Of a stretch of DNA of 52,021 bases, positions 20,032 through 30,090 are shown in pieces. The stretch lies in the sequence record DRR723986_750; one strand, 5' to 3'. Under the pieces are notes generated by a model, which was not told the origin of the DNA, ran no database searches, and saw nothing but the letters and a program-made list of their open reading frames with translations. Numbering within the stretch: position 1 is the stretch's first letter; each line of letters begins with the position of its first letter. Made by a program: the position numbers and the translations under genes.

Positions 20032-21858
20032 TCAATTGATCAGTACAAGGCCGCCCTTGAGTTTCAGCAACGCACTGCCTGTCACATTGGTCATTGTACC
20101 CTTGGCGTTGAGCATGCCCGAAGCCACGATATCGATTTTCACCGACTCGATCTTGATCGAGGCAGGCGTCATGGTGATTTTGCTGGCGCCGCAAATAAAC
20201 TCGATCTTCGCTCCGGCAGTTACCTTCCAGTTCATGCCGATATCTTCAGTCGTGTTTCGGCCAACCGATTCCGTTCGGTCAACGTCGATCTGGGTCTCGC
20301 GGCAGTTTTTTACATGCAGCATTTCGTTATTCTCGATAACGGTCTCCATGTCTTTTTGGGCATGAACCCCAACAAGCTCATTCCCTTTGGTGTCGTCGAG
20401 CACGAACTCGTTGTAACCGCCGCCGCCTACCGTTGAATCCGACTTGATGCCAGCTTTGTTTTTCTCGCCTGGCAAAGAGTAAGGCGGCATGTTTTCCGCA
20501 TTGTAGACTGTGCCGACGATGATCGGTTGATCCGGATCGCCTTCCAGAAACTGAACAATCACTTCCTGGCCGACACGAGGGATATAGATGCCACCCCAGT
20601 TCTTGCCTGACCACACTTGCGCCACACGAACCCGCCGAGACGCTGTCTTGTCGCGGTCCCAGTGAAAGGCGACCAGGATCTGACCGTATTCGTCCACATC
20701 GATTTCGCCTTGCCCCACGACTTTTGCCGTTTGCGGGCCGGGTATTCGAGGTTTGCGGGTGATGGCCGGTGTGCGGAACGTTATACTGGAAGGCAGAACG
20801 TCATATGTCCCGGTATAGGCTTCTCCCTGGGCCCCACCACCACCGGATCGATATGCCTCGGTGATGATCCGATGGCTTGCACGCACGATCAGGTGCTCCA
20901 CGTTCTGCGGTTTGTGGGGATGGTTGAATAACGTGAACAACCCACCTGCAAAGAACCGCGGCACTTCGCCGGCTGTTTCAATTCGCTTGTCCGCAGCCTG
21001 TTCGGCTTCCATACGAATCTTGCTGAAGGTGCTGCCCTTGTCTTTTTCGGTGTACCTTCCCGGATAGTCATAGTTTTCCAGAGACCCAGCCCGATATTTA
21101 GTACCTGCATCACGCTCTGCTTCCAGCAGCGCACTCGGTTTCTCGAAATCATAATCATTGACTGCAAACTTGCCGGTCCGAAACTTGCGCGTCGGAATCC
21201 AATGGTAAAGATGCTCCTTATCCCTTTGACTGTCGCCGCCAAGAGCAATGTAGGGAATGGAGCTGTCACCAACGATCGGGCTGTAGGACGATTTGGCGTC
21301 CGCCAGAATCATGATGTGCTTGCCGTCCTTGTGCTCGAAGAAATAGGAAATTCCGAATTCTTCCATCAACCGGCAGCAGAAATCGTAATCCGATTCCCTG
21401 TACTGGACGCAGTAATGAATCGGATCATAGGATTCAGTCAGCTTGATCTGGAAATCGACGAAGTCATGCTCATTCAGGACGTTCTGAATGATTTCAGGCG
21501 CGGACATGTCCTTGAAGATTCGACAATTCGAGTTCTTGGTTAGCAGCCAGAACCAGGGGCGTAGCGTCAATTTGTAGATGTAATAGGAATCGCGATAGCC
21601 CATCCATTTCGCATCGGTCAGAAGACCGTCGAAATGCCGCGTATCTCCATTGTTGGTGACAACCTTCACCGTCATGGAAGTCGCTATGGCCTGGTCGAAA
21701 TCCAGATCCTCTTTCTGACTCAGAACCTCAAGCCTGATCTCAAAATCTTCGCTGAGACCCTCGTCGCACTCGATGGTGACAACGGAAAGCTCATCCTTGC
21801 CAAAGACCGATGTCAGCTCGGCCATTCGGTTAGCTTGTTTAAGTTGTCCTACGGCCAC
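20032..21858 (-). CDS. vgrG: T6SS spike protein VgrG, without evolved C-terminal effector
   Basis: YCVQYRESD, YDYPG, PQTAKVVG, IPRVGQEVIVQFLEGDPDQP, HAQKD. Start set to GTG 21858 after GAGGAG RBS. Confidence 0.95.
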   Translation of the reverse strand: MAVGQLKQANRMAELTSVFGKDELSVVTIECDEGLSEDFEIRLEVLSQKEDLDFDQAIATSMTVKVVTNNGDTRHFDGLLTDAKWMGYRDSYYIYKLTLRPWFWLLTKNSNCRIFKDMSAPEIIQNVLNEHDFVDFQIKLTESYDPIHYCVQYRESDYDFCCRLMEEFGISYFFEHKDGKHIMILADAKSSYSPIVGDSSIPYIALGGDSQRDKEHLYHWIPTRKFRTGKFAVNDYDFEKPSALLEAERDAGTKYRAGSLENYDYPGRYTEKDKGSTFSKIRMEAEQAADKRIETAGEVPRFFAGGLFTLFNHPHKPQNVEHLIVRASHRIITEAYRSGGGGAQGEAYTGTYDVLPSSITFRTPAITRKPRIPGPQTAKVVGQGEIDVDEYGQILVAFHWDRDKTASRRVRVAQVWSGKNWGGIYIPRVGQEVIVQFLEGDPDQPIIVGTVYNAENMPPYSLPGEKNKAGIKSDSTVGGGGYNEFVLDDTKGNELVGVHAQKDMETVIENNEMLHVKNCRETQIDVDRTESVGRNTTEDIGMNWKVTAGAKIEFICGASKITMTPASIKIESVKIDIVASGMLNAKGTMTNVTGSALLKLKGGLVLIN

Positions 21859-21951
21859 GAAAGATCTCCTCGGAAATAACGCGGTTTTCTGCAAAAAGGC
21901 AGCCTGGCGGCTACCACGTTTCAGACACTAAGGCGTTTCCGGCAAAAATAG

Positions 21952-21967
21952 TGTGCTCAAGAACACA
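21952..21967 (-). promoter_or_regulatory. CRP-type box upstream of the vgrG-ppkA operon
   Basis: Palindrome AGTGTG-N8-CACACT; minus strand TGTGT-TCTTGA-GCACA; -10-like TAGTGT 21 nt downstream (21930-21925). Confidence 0.55.
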
Positions 21968-22153
21968 CTTGATGCAAATACTTTGAACTTCAAACCCTTT
22001 TGTGAAGGAGGAGGCACTTGCCCCTTCCCCAAGTGCGGCTAAAAAACACCGCCTGCTGCTTTTAAATACCAACCCTGCTCACCGACGTCACCCCAACAGC
22101 TCTCCTCTTGCTTATTGCCGATAAAACGACATACTGACATCAAATCGCACTTT

Positions 22154-22169
22154 AGTGACTTTCGCCACA
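22154..22169 (+). promoter_or_regulatory. CRP-type box upstream of ompA-tssA
   Basis: AGTGA-CTTTCG-CCACA (2 mismatches). Confidence 0.5.
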
Positions 22170-22255
22170 CTATTATTCTTATCCATATGGCACGATCCAT
22201 TTCGAAGCCCAAAGCGACATCGCTTTTGAACACTCCACAAGGGAGGATTGAAATC

Positions 22256-22960
22256 GTGACCCCTACTGTATTTTCGCTCGACCGGAACAATGCCGCTCGG
22301 ACCGGCCTTCGCCGCGCTCTCCTGGCTGCTTCCGTTTCTCTCGCCATTGCCTTGCCGGCACTTGGAACCGCTCCGGCTTTTGCCCAGGACGCCACTTATT
22401 CGGCCGATGAAGTCAGCAAGCACTTCAAGCAGCTCAAAACGCGTTCACTGAAGCCGGCTGGCGGAACGCGAGCTCTTTGTATCGGTACTCGCGACGAATG
22501 TAATCCGAACGCCAAACCGGAAGAAGGCGGCCAGGTCGCAGTCTCCCAGGACGGCGCAAAGACCGAAGGTGGTGAAACGGAACAGACCCTTGTGGTCGAT
22601 CCGGAAACCAACGCCATCGACGCTGCCTTCAACCTGCTGGTTTCGTTCGAATATGCCTCGGCCAAGCTCAGCACGTCCGCACAGGCCAACCTTCGCGAGT
22701 TTGCCAAGGGCATCAATGATCCCGACCTGGCCAAAGCCACATTCGTGATCGAAGGCCATACCGACGGAATAGGCTCGACCAACTACAACCAGCGTCTTTC
22801 CGAAGACCGTGCGCAGGCGGTTACGCAGTATCTTGTCAACCTTGGCGTCAGCCGGGACCGCCTGAAAACTGTTGCCTACGGCGAATCCCGGCCGAAGGTT
22901 GCAGATGTCAACGATCCGGCAAACCGCCGCGTTGAAAGCAAGCTGGTTCTCGAGCAGTAA
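22256..22960 (+). CDS. Exported OmpA-family peptidoglycan-binding protein
   Basis: GTG after GGGAGG RBS; signal GLRRALLAA..AFA; IEGHTDGIGS..NQRLSEDRA..NRRVE. Confidence 0.88.
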   Translation: MTPTVFSLDRNNAARTGLRRALLAASVSLAIALPALGTAPAFAQDATYSADEVSKHFKQLKTRSLKPAGGTRALCIGTRDECNPNAKPEEGGQVAVSQDGAKTEGGETEQTLVVDPETNAIDAAFNLLVSFEYASAKLSTSAQANLREFAKGINDPDLAKATFVIEGHTDGIGSTNYNQRLSEDRAQAVTQYLVNLGVSRDRLKTVAYGESRPKVADVNDPANRRVESKLVLEQ

Positions 22961-23076
22961 AAATTCACACACCAGACATGCCGGACCGGAGCTTTTCCCG
23001 GTCCGGGTCTCCTGAACAATAACCGGGACTGATCCCGGACATACCACCGGAATGCATGCCGGGCTGGGGAGCACGA

Positions 23077-24360
23077 ATGAATTTCGATCCGGAAACCTAC
23101 GGCACTGAAGTAGCGCCGGGTGCTGGCTGCGGGCCGGACCTCTACGACACCGAACCCGCCTTTGCCGCGCTTCTGGATTCGTGTGAGGAATTGCTGCCGG
23201 AGCGGTTCAGCGAATTCGACCGATCCGAGATCGACTTTACCGACCTCTTCAAGCAGATGGACGGCTTCCTGAAGCAGTCCAGAGACCTGAGACTGCTTGT
23301 CATTCTCGCGCAGTTCGGCCTGCTGAGCGGTCAAGTCCATACGTTTGCGAACTCGATTCGCATCATTCGCAAACTGCTGGAGAACCATTGGGACGACGTC
23401 CATCCAAGCGATGCCGACTTCGGACATATGGAACGGGTCGGAGCGCTCGAATCTCTCAACAACAGGCCCACGGTTGTTCTTCCGCTGGAAGCAGCGCCCC
23501 TGCTCAAGACCCGCCGGACGGGGCCCATCAGCTATCGCGCCATCCAGATTGCGGCCGGCGATGCCACGGCACGTCCCGATGAACATACAATCTCTCTTGG
23601 TGCGATTGAGGCTGCACTGACATCGGGCGAACTCGAGCAGGACGCGATTGACGAGATCCTCAGGGACCTTGGAGACCTGCCGGACGAGCTCCAGACTATT
23701 GCCGAGCTGTGCACCGAAAAGCTCAAGGAGAGCGGTGCTAAAGCAGCTCCTCCCAATTATGAGGCCTTGACCACGCTCCTGAAGGAGATGAGTGCCGAAC
23801 TGAACAAGCGGCTCGGACGCCTCTCCCCTGAAGAGACGGAGGCCTCTTCGTCTGAAGATACTGCAGCAGAGGCAGCAGCAGCCGACACGTCGCAGGCGTC
23901 TCAATCAGAAATCAAGAATGCCGCCCAGGCAAAACTGATTCTGGATGCTGTCGAGGACTATTTCGCCAGCCGCGAACCATCGCATCCGGCACTGTTTCTG
24001 GTACGCGAGGCTCGCGGCCTCGTCGGCAAGTCCTATCTGGATGCCTTGAAAATATTGATGCCGCGCAGGTTCGACGACGTAGCGCTGATTCTGGGTGCGA
24101 GCGGTTTACAGCTTTCCAACGACCGATTGATCGACCTGAACGACGGTGGTGACCGGGAACTGGGCGAAATTGATGATTTCGCAGTGATGGTGATCGAAAG
24201 CCGAAGTGACGCCATGAAGGGTATTGCGGCGGTCAAGGGTTACTATTCTTCCAATGAGCCCACCAGCCCGATCCCCCTTTTGCTGGACGAGGCACAGAAT
24301 ATGAGTTCCGGTTCATTCACCGGTCTTCTCAACCTCTTCCTGAGGCCAGAGGAGGACTGA
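23077..24360 (+). CDS. tssA: T6SS TssA/ImpA with two tandem C-terminal EPxxP modules
   Basis: ImpA_N SRDLRLLV..LLENHWDDVHP; REPSHPA and NEPTSPIP. Start at ATG 23077 after GGGGAG. Confidence 0.9.
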   Translation: MNFDPETYGTEVAPGAGCGPDLYDTEPAFAALLDSCEELLPERFSEFDRSEIDFTDLFKQMDGFLKQSRDLRLLVILAQFGLLSGQVHTFANSIRIIRKLLENHWDDVHPSDADFGHMERVGALESLNNRPTVVLPLEAAPLLKTRRTGPISYRAIQIAAGDATARPDEHTISLGAIEAALTSGELEQDAIDEILRDLGDLPDELQTIAELCTEKLKESGAKAAPPNYEALTTLLKEMSAELNKRLGRLSPEETEASSSEDTAAEAAAADTSQASQSEIKNAAQAKLILDAVEDYFASREPSHPALFLVREARGLVGKSYLDALKILMPRRFDDVALILGASGLQLSNDRLIDLNDGGDRELGEIDDFAVMVIESRSDAMKGIAAVKGYYSSNEPTSPIPLLLDEAQNMSSGSFTGLLNLFLRPEED

Positions 24361-24467
24361 TTCAACTGCCATTACAACCCCTATGTTACCTAGGGTTTTC
24401 AGCTTCTTACTTGACACCAATGGCCAACGGGTCCTCAATATTTCGAGAAAAAATAAACCATCGATCA

Positions 24468-24483
24468 TGTGACCGTGATCACT
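24468..24483 (+). promoter_or_regulatory. CRP-type box upstream of tssB
   Basis: TGTGA-CCGTGA-TCACT (1 mismatch); TACATA 21 nt downstream. Confidence 0.62.
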
Positions 24484-24631
24484 TCCCGTTCCCCAGAAAC
24501 GCAGTACATAGATATCAACGAAACGCAGCGCCGACCGAAGTACAGCAATTAGCAAACAAGAGTTGCGCGCTAGTATTTGACTAAAATTGACCTTTTTTTC
24601 TTCTGGGTCATGAAAATGAAAGGCAAGTACA

Positions 24632-25186
24632 ATGGCATCGAACAGCGGGCAAGGCTTTATCAAGCGCAACAGACCTCCGCGGGTCCACATTTTCTACGAA
24701 GATCCGTTTGACGCGGAACAGAAGGTGGAACTGCCATTCGTCATGGGCATCATGGCCGATCTTTCCGGCGACAACCCTGGCGTGGAAAAAGCCGATATCG
24801 ATGACCGCAAGTTCCTCGACATCGACATGGACAACTTTTCCAAGCGCATGGAAGCAATTGAACCTGGCACCTCCTTCACCGTGAAGGACAAGCTGTCCGG
24901 CGAAGAAAATTCCAAAATGAGCGTCCAGCTGCGTTTCAAGAGCATGGACGACTTCACCCCGGGACGTGTTGCCGAACAGGTTCCGGCACTCAAGAAGCTG
25001 CTCGATGCACGCCGCAGCCTGGCTGCATTGCGCACCATGATGGACGGACGTGTCCAGGCGATCTCCCAGCTCGAGGAGCTGACCCGGGACCCGGCCCTGA
25101 TGCAGGCACTTGCTCAGAAAATCGAAGCCGACAAGGCATCGTCCGCCGACAAGCAGGCAGACGGCGACGGCACGGAGGAGGCATAA
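24632..25186 (+). CDS. tssB: T6SS sheath small subunit TssB
   Basis: RPPRVHIFYE..ELPFVMGIMADLSG..F.SMDDFTP..QVPALKKLLDAR. Confidence 0.96.
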   Translation: MASNSGQGFIKRNRPPRVHIFYEDPFDAEQKVELPFVMGIMADLSGDNPGVEKADIDDRKFLDIDMDNFSKRMEAIEPGTSFTVKDKLSGEENSKMSVQLRFKSMDDFTPGRVAEQVPALKKLLDARRSLAALRTMMDGRVQAISQLEELTRDPALMQALAQKIEADKASSADKQADGDGTEEA

Positions 25187-26710
25187 ATGAGCAGCACCGA
25201 TACCAGCGCCCAGGCAAGTGGCGCAGCAGCCGGCGAAGTCGCGGTTGAGAAGAGCCCCGAGGAGTTCGCCTCGATCCTGAAACAGAATTTCCGGATCAAG
25301 AACGAAAACGATACGGCCAATCAGCTGGTTGACAATGCCATGTCGACCTTCCTCGCCGAAGCCCTGTCCGATCAGGCGCTTATCAAGGAAGACGTCTACG
25401 ACACGATCGATGAGATGATCGCGAAGCTGGACGAAAAACTAACGGCTCAGGTGAACGAGATCATTCACGCCGAGGAGTTCCAGACACTTGAGAGTGCCTG
25501 GCGCGGGATTGATTACCTCGTGCACCAGTCTGAAACCGACGCATCGCTCAAGCTTCAGTTCCTGAACATCTCCAAGAAAGAACTTGCAGGAGTGTTCAAG
25601 AGCTACCGCGGTGCCAAGTGGGATCAGAGCCCGCTGTTCAAGCAGATCTATGAAGCCGAATTCGGCCAGCTGGGTGGTCAGCCCTACGGCTGTCTCGTGG
25701 GTGACTATGAATTCTCCTACGACCCGCAGGACATCACCGTGCTGCGCGGCATGGCAAAGATCGCTTCGGCAGCCCATGCACCGTTCCTGGCAGCGGCCAA
25801 TCCGCAGCTGATGCAGATGGACAGCTGGACCGAACTGCCGGCCAAGCGCGATCTGTCCAAGATCTTCGATACGGAGATCCATGCCCAGTGGCGGACGCTG
25901 CGGGAATCCGAGGACTCCCGTTACCTTGGTCTGACGATGCCGCGCGTGCTGGCTCGCCAGCCGTACGGTGCGAAATCGGATCCGGTGGAAGAATTCGCCT
26001 TCGAAGAAGAGTTCGGCGAAGACAGCCACGAGAATTACGCCTGGATGAGCTCGGCTTATGCCATGGCAACCAACGTCAACCGTGCCTACAAGGAATTCGG
26101 TTGGACTGTGCGCATCCGCGGCGTCGAAAGCGGTGGTCTGGTGGAAAACCTGCCGACCCACGTCTTTGAAACCGACGATGGCGGTGTGGACCAGAAGTGC
26201 CCTGCGGAAATCGCGATTTCCGACCGGCGCGAACACGAGATCTCCCGTCTGGGCCTGATCCCGCTGATCCACCGCAAGAATACGGACCAGGCAGCCTTCC
26301 TTGGAGCTCAGTCCGTCTTCAAACCGCGCCAGTTCTCCGGACCGGACGGCAAGGATGCAACGGCATCGGACAACCTGTCTGCCCGCCTGCCCTACATGTT
26401 CGCGACCACTCGTTTCGCCCACTACCTGAAAGTGATGGTGCGCAACAAGATCGGTTCGACCAAGGAATCGGCGCAGCTGCAGCGTTGGCTGAATGACTGG
26501 ATCATGGACTACGTCGATGGTGATCCGGACAACTCGACCGAGGAAACCAAGGCGCGCAAGCCGCTGCGGGAAGCCAAGGTCACTATCGTGCCCGACGAGG
26601 AAAACCCCGGATATTACCGGGCCCAGTTCTTCCTTCGTCCGCACTATCAGCTGGAAGGCATGGACATCGGCATGAGCCTGGCGTCCCGCATTCCGCAAGA
26701 CGGTAATTGA
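25187..26710 (+). CDS. tssC: T6SS sheath large subunit TssC
   Basis: FQTLESAWRG, AAHAPF, IRGVESGG, RFAHYLKVMVR, LRPHYQLE. Confidence 0.97.
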   Translation: MSSTDTSAQASGAAAGEVAVEKSPEEFASILKQNFRIKNENDTANQLVDNAMSTFLAEALSDQALIKEDVYDTIDEMIAKLDEKLTAQVNEIIHAEEFQTLESAWRGIDYLVHQSETDASLKLQFLNISKKELAGVFKSYRGAKWDQSPLFKQIYEAEFGQLGGQPYGCLVGDYEFSYDPQDITVLRGMAKIASAAHAPFLAAANPQLMQMDSWTELPAKRDLSKIFDTEIHAQWRTLRESEDSRYLGLTMPRVLARQPYGAKSDPVEEFAFEEEFGEDSHENYAWMSSAYAMATNVNRAYKEFGWTVRIRGVESGGLVENLPTHVFETDDGGVDQKCPAEIAISDRREHEISRLGLIPLIHRKNTDQAAFLGAQSVFKPRQFSGPDGKDATASDNLSARLPYMFATTRFAHYLKVMVRNKIGSTKESAQLQRWLNDWIMDYVDGDPDNSTEETKARKPLREAKVTIVPDEENPGYYRAQFFLRPHYQLEGMDIGMSLASRIPQDGN

Positions 26711-26720
26711 TTTCACAAAT

Positions 26721-26786
26721 TGCCGGCGGGGCGGCAGCCTGCCCCCCGGCATGCATCCCACGGGATGCAGCCCGGTTTTCCCGGGC
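26721..26786 (+). other. Three abutting GC-rich stem-loops between tssC and hcp
   Basis: TGCCGG-c-GGGGC..GCCCC-CCGGCA (26721-51), TGCATCCC-ac-GGGATGCA (26752-69), GCCCGG-ttttc-CCGGGC (26770-86). Confidence 0.6.
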
Positions 26787-26914
26787 GGAGGTACAAACAA
26801 GGTGCGCAAGCGCCTAGGGGTTTGGACCGCGAGGTCCGAGGTAGTTGTCAGGAATAGCAGAGTTTGAGCCAGGAACATTTACCTGGCCCTCAACAACCAA
26901 GAGGATCTATTAAA

Positions 26915-27400
26915 ATGGCCGTCGATTTTTATCTGGAACTTGAAGGTATCAAAGGCGAAGCACAGGACAAGACCCACAAGGACAAGATTGACGTCCTTTC
27001 CTGGTCCTGGGGCGCTTCCCAGTCCGGCACCACCCACATGGGTTCGGGCTCCGGCTCCGGCAAGGCACACTTCCAGGATCTGAGCATCACCAAGTTCGTC
27101 GACAAATCCACCCCTGTGCTTCTGCAGCACGTGTCGACTGGCAAGCATATCACCAAAGGCACTCTCTTTGTTCGCAAGGCTGCCGGTGATAACCCGCTGG
27201 AATACATCAAGCTCGAAATGAAGGACATTATCGTGACCAACGTTTCGACCGGCGGCAGTGGCTCCGACGATCGCATCACGGAGAGCGTCACGCTGAACTT
27301 CGGTGAGTACAAATACATCTACACCGAACAGAAGCCGGATGGCTCCAAGGGCGCAGCCCCCGAGTTTGCCTGGGACATTGCAGCAAACGAAAAGAAATAA
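26915..27400 (+). CDS. hcp: T6SS tube protein Hcp
   Basis: IKGEAQDKTHKDKIDVLSWSWG, DLSITKFVDKSTP, ESVTLNF. ATG 26915 after GAGG. Confidence 0.97.
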   Translation: MAVDFYLELEGIKGEAQDKTHKDKIDVLSWSWGASQSGTTHMGSGSGSGKAHFQDLSITKFVDKSTPVLLQHVSTGKHITKGTLFVRKAAGDNPLEYIKLEMKDIIVTNVSTGGSGSDDRITESVTLNFGEYKYIYTEQKPDGSKGAAPEFAWDIAANEKK

Positions 27401-27413
27401 GGCTTCGGCCTGC

Positions 27414-27451
27414 AGGGCTGCCGCGCTTCGGCGCGGCAGCCTTCTTTGGTT
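27414..27451 (+). terminator. Strong hairpin/terminator after hcp (internal to the operon)
   Basis: GGCTGCCGCGC-TTCG-GCGCGGCAGCC followed by TTCTTTGGTTT. Confidence 0.75.
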
Positions 27452-27544
27452 TGGACCGGCGATGCGGACTTTCAACTTTCGAAGCGGCACCGCCACGGTC
27501 ATACTTAGGAATTTCCGGGGCAGCAGTCAGCGTGGGCTTGGCCG

Positions 27545-28096
27545 ATGGCTAAATCAAATGTGAAAATGCACTCCCCGCTGATGTGGGCCTTCCGTGCAAT
27601 GGACGACCCAGACTACAAGGCCGCTCAGGACAGGCAAAAAGAAGCACAAAACGGCGCCAACCTCAGGTCCGGTCGGCGGCTTTCCAGATCCTACGGTGTC
27701 TCTGAACACACCCTGCTTTCCGAAGTCCGGCAAGACCTGCAGGCGCTCCTGAACACGGTCAACCTCAATTCCACTCAGGACCTTTCCGATTTTCCGGAAG
27801 TTGAGAGCTCGATCATCAATTACGGATTGCCGGACCTTTCTGTCCATATTGTTGACAGCGTTCGCATTGATCGACTTGCCGAAGACATCCGGCAAGCCCT
27901 CATCCATTTCGAACCGCGCATGGACCCGCGCACGCTCAAGGTCGAGCGCGACGACAAGGTCGAAAGCGATACCTTCAAGGTAAGATTTCTCATCAAGGCA
28001 GAAATACGCTGCGATCCGATCCGGGTTGCGAGCGAATTCGTTGCCGACGTCGACCCTGCTTTCGGCCGTATCAAGATCATCGGGGCAACTGCATGA
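27545..28096 (+). CDS. tssE: T6SS baseplate TssE (gp25-like)
   Basis: DLQALLNT, SIINYGLPDL, FEPRM. Confidence 0.92.
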   Translation: MAKSNVKMHSPLMWAFRAMDDPDYKAAQDRQKEAQNGANLRSGRRLSRSYGVSEHTLLSEVRQDLQALLNTVNLNSTQDLSDFPEVESSIINYGLPDLSVHIVDSVRIDRLAEDIRQALIHFEPRMDPRTLKVERDDKVESDTFKVRFLIKAEIRCDPIRVASEFVADVDPAFGRIKIIGATA

Positions 28097-30090
28097 ACCG
28101 GGAATTTCTCGACCTCTATAATCAGGAACTCACCTACCTGCGAGAACAAGGGGCGTCATTCGCGGAGGCCTATCCTGCTGTAGCAGAACGCCTGGGTGGG
28201 CTTCTGGAAGACCGTTCCGACCCCATGCTGTCCGGATTGCTTGAAGGTACTGCCTTCCTGTCAGCTCGCGTGCAGCTGAAAATGAAGCATGAGTTCGCCG
28301 AATTCACTTCCAACCTGTTCGAACAACTATATCCAACCGCGCTGGCGCCCATTCCCTCTCTGGTACTTGCCCGCGTGACGCCGAAATATGGCGACGCGAA
28401 TTTGCGCAACGGCATAAAGGTCGATCGCCATGCTCCCATGGAGGCCGTCTTCCGTGAACGCCAGGGAGAGGTTCGCTGCAGGTTCACTCTCACCTCTCCT
28501 ATTACGTTGACACCCCTGGAGCTGACAGCTGCAAAGTACCTGAGCTCAGCTGCGCAGGTCTCCGGTCTCGGTGCGGAGATGGCTGAAGACAGACGCACGC
28601 GCGCAGGTCTGTCCATCACGTTCACACACCGCATGTCCGAGGATCCGGAAAACGAGGTTTCAGCCGAAGAAGCCTTGAAGAAACCTGAATACCAGGTGGC
28701 CGGCTGTCGGATCGATTCACTTCCCGTCCGGTTGATCGGACCTCTGGATCTGGCTGCGAAGGTCTATGAACAGATCTTCGGACACACAATCGCGCTCTAC
28801 ATCCGTACCGAGGACGCCTTCGGTCAGGCCAGCCTGCAGCGCCTGCCCGTCGATGCCATCGAGCAGTTGGGTTTCGATGAAGAAGATTCCCTCTTGCACA
28901 ACGACTTGCGCCTGTTCACCGGCTTTGATCACTTGCGCGACTATTTCAACTTTCCGCGCAGCTTCCTCGGGTTCCGTCTGACGGGTCTGCGCCGTTACCT
29001 GGATAGGGTCAAGGCAAGAGCATTCGATCTGGTCTTCGTGTTCGATGAAGCAGAAAACCGGTTGCCTGCTCACGTTGAACGCAAGATTTTCGCGCTTCAC
29101 TCAGCACCGGCCGTCAACTTGTTCGAAAGGCAGACTGACCGGGTGCCGATCAAGAAAGGGCAGCACGAGTTTGCTGTCATCACGGACCGGACACGGCCAC
29201 TGGATTATGAAGTGCATGCCGTCACTGAAGTTTCCGCCCACTTCTCAGGAGGCGAGAAACGACCGGTTGAACCGCTCTACAGCGTTGCACCAGACACTGA
29301 AAAAGCCGGTCACGAGTGGTTTTATACCATTCGTCGTTTGCCGCGACGCCAGTCGTCTTCCGAAATCCGGCGCATGCAGCCGAGCCACTACATAGGTACA
29401 GAAACCTTCATCTCTATCTCAAGCGGAGCGCAGGCTGCCGCCCTGCTGCAAACCGGCAAGAAACGTCTTTCGGAACTATCACTGAAGGTATTGGCATCCA
29501 ACCGGTCGCTGGCCGCGGATCTCCCCGTGGGAACCAACCCGGACAAGTCCGAGATTGGGGACTTTCGCATACTGGAGGATATCGGCCTCAAGGTAGATTG
29601 TGTCGCCGGACCGACGTCCCCAAGGCCGCCGCTTCTTTCCTACAATGAAAGGCTAGGCGAACAGGGTCACGCTGGCGCCATTGCCTGGCGGCTCATTAAC
29701 ATTCTGGCCTTGAACCATACCGGCCTTGTGCACGATGCGGCAGGTCAGGACGGTCGGTCTTTCCGCGATGTGTTGAGCGTGTTCGCGCCACTTTCCGACA
29801 GTTCAGCAGACCGGCAGGCCCAGTCCGTTCGGTCGGTTTCGACAAGGCCAGTTGTGCGCCGCCTGCAGCAGAAGTCCGGGACAGGTGTCGCCAGAGGTCT
29901 CGAAATCACGATCACGCTCGATGACAAGGCTTTTGAAGGGGCGAGTGCCTTTCTGATGGGGGCTGTCCTCGACCGGTTTGTCGCCGAATACGCCTCCATC
30001 AATCATTTCACGCAGTGTGTGATCGCAACGACAGAGCGCGGCGTTATCATGAAATGGCCTCCGCGGATCGGCGCGAAAGGAATTCTATGA
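28093..30090 (+). CDS. tssF: T6SS baseplate TssF
   Basis: YNQELTYLRE, LLEGTAFLSAR, PAVNLF, YASINHFTQ. Confidence 0.95.
   Translation: MNREFLDLYNQELTYLREQGASFAEAYPAVAERLGGLLEDRSDPMLSGLLEGTAFLSARVQLKMKHEFAEFTSNLFEQLYPTALAPIPSLVLARVTPKYGDANLRNGIKVDRHAPMEAVFRERQGEVRCRFTLTSPITLTPLELTAAKYLSSAAQVSGLGAEMAEDRRTRAGLSITFTHRMSEDPENEVSAEEALKKPEYQVAGCRIDSLPVRLIGPLDLAAKVYEQIFGHTIALYIRTEDAFGQASLQRLPVDAIEQLGFDEEDSLLHNDLRLFTGFDHLRDYFNFPRSFLGFRLTGLRRYLDRVKARAFDLVFVFDEAENRLPAHVERKIFALHSAPAVNLFERQTDRVPIKKGQHEFAVITDRTRPLDYEVHAVTEVSAHFSGGEKRPVEPLYSVAPDTEKAGHEWFYTIRRLPRRQSSSEIRRMQPSHYIGTETFISISSGAQAAALLQTGKKRLSELSLKVLASNRSLAADLPVGTNPDKSEIGDFRILEDIGLKVDCVAGPTSPRPPLLSYNERLGEQGHAGAIAWRLINILALNHTGLVHDAAGQDGRSFRDVLSVFAPLSDSSADRQAQSVRSVSTRPVVRRLQQKSGTGVARGLEITITLDDKAFEGASAFLMGAVLDRFVAEYASINHFTQCVIATTERGVIMKWPPRIGAKGIL

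Noticed and set aside
22188-22204. Possible sigma-54 promoter TGGCACGATCCATTTC
   Set aside because: The -24 element fits, but the obligatory GC at -12 is absent.
22956-22971. Additional CRP-like box AGTAA-AAATTC-ACACA before tssA (and half-sites near 2997 and 4160)
   Set aside because: Three or more mismatches; compatible with chance.
24410-24441. Sigma-70 promoter TTGACA..CAATAT before tssB
   Set aside because: The -35 is perfect, but spacing to the best -10 is 19 nt; not supportable without TSS data.
25439-26878. Long antisense ORFs (also 11125-12210, 13492-14784, 30375-31661, 32917-34047, 37226-38392)
   Set aside because: Shadow frames of well-supported GC-rich genes, with no recognisable motifs.
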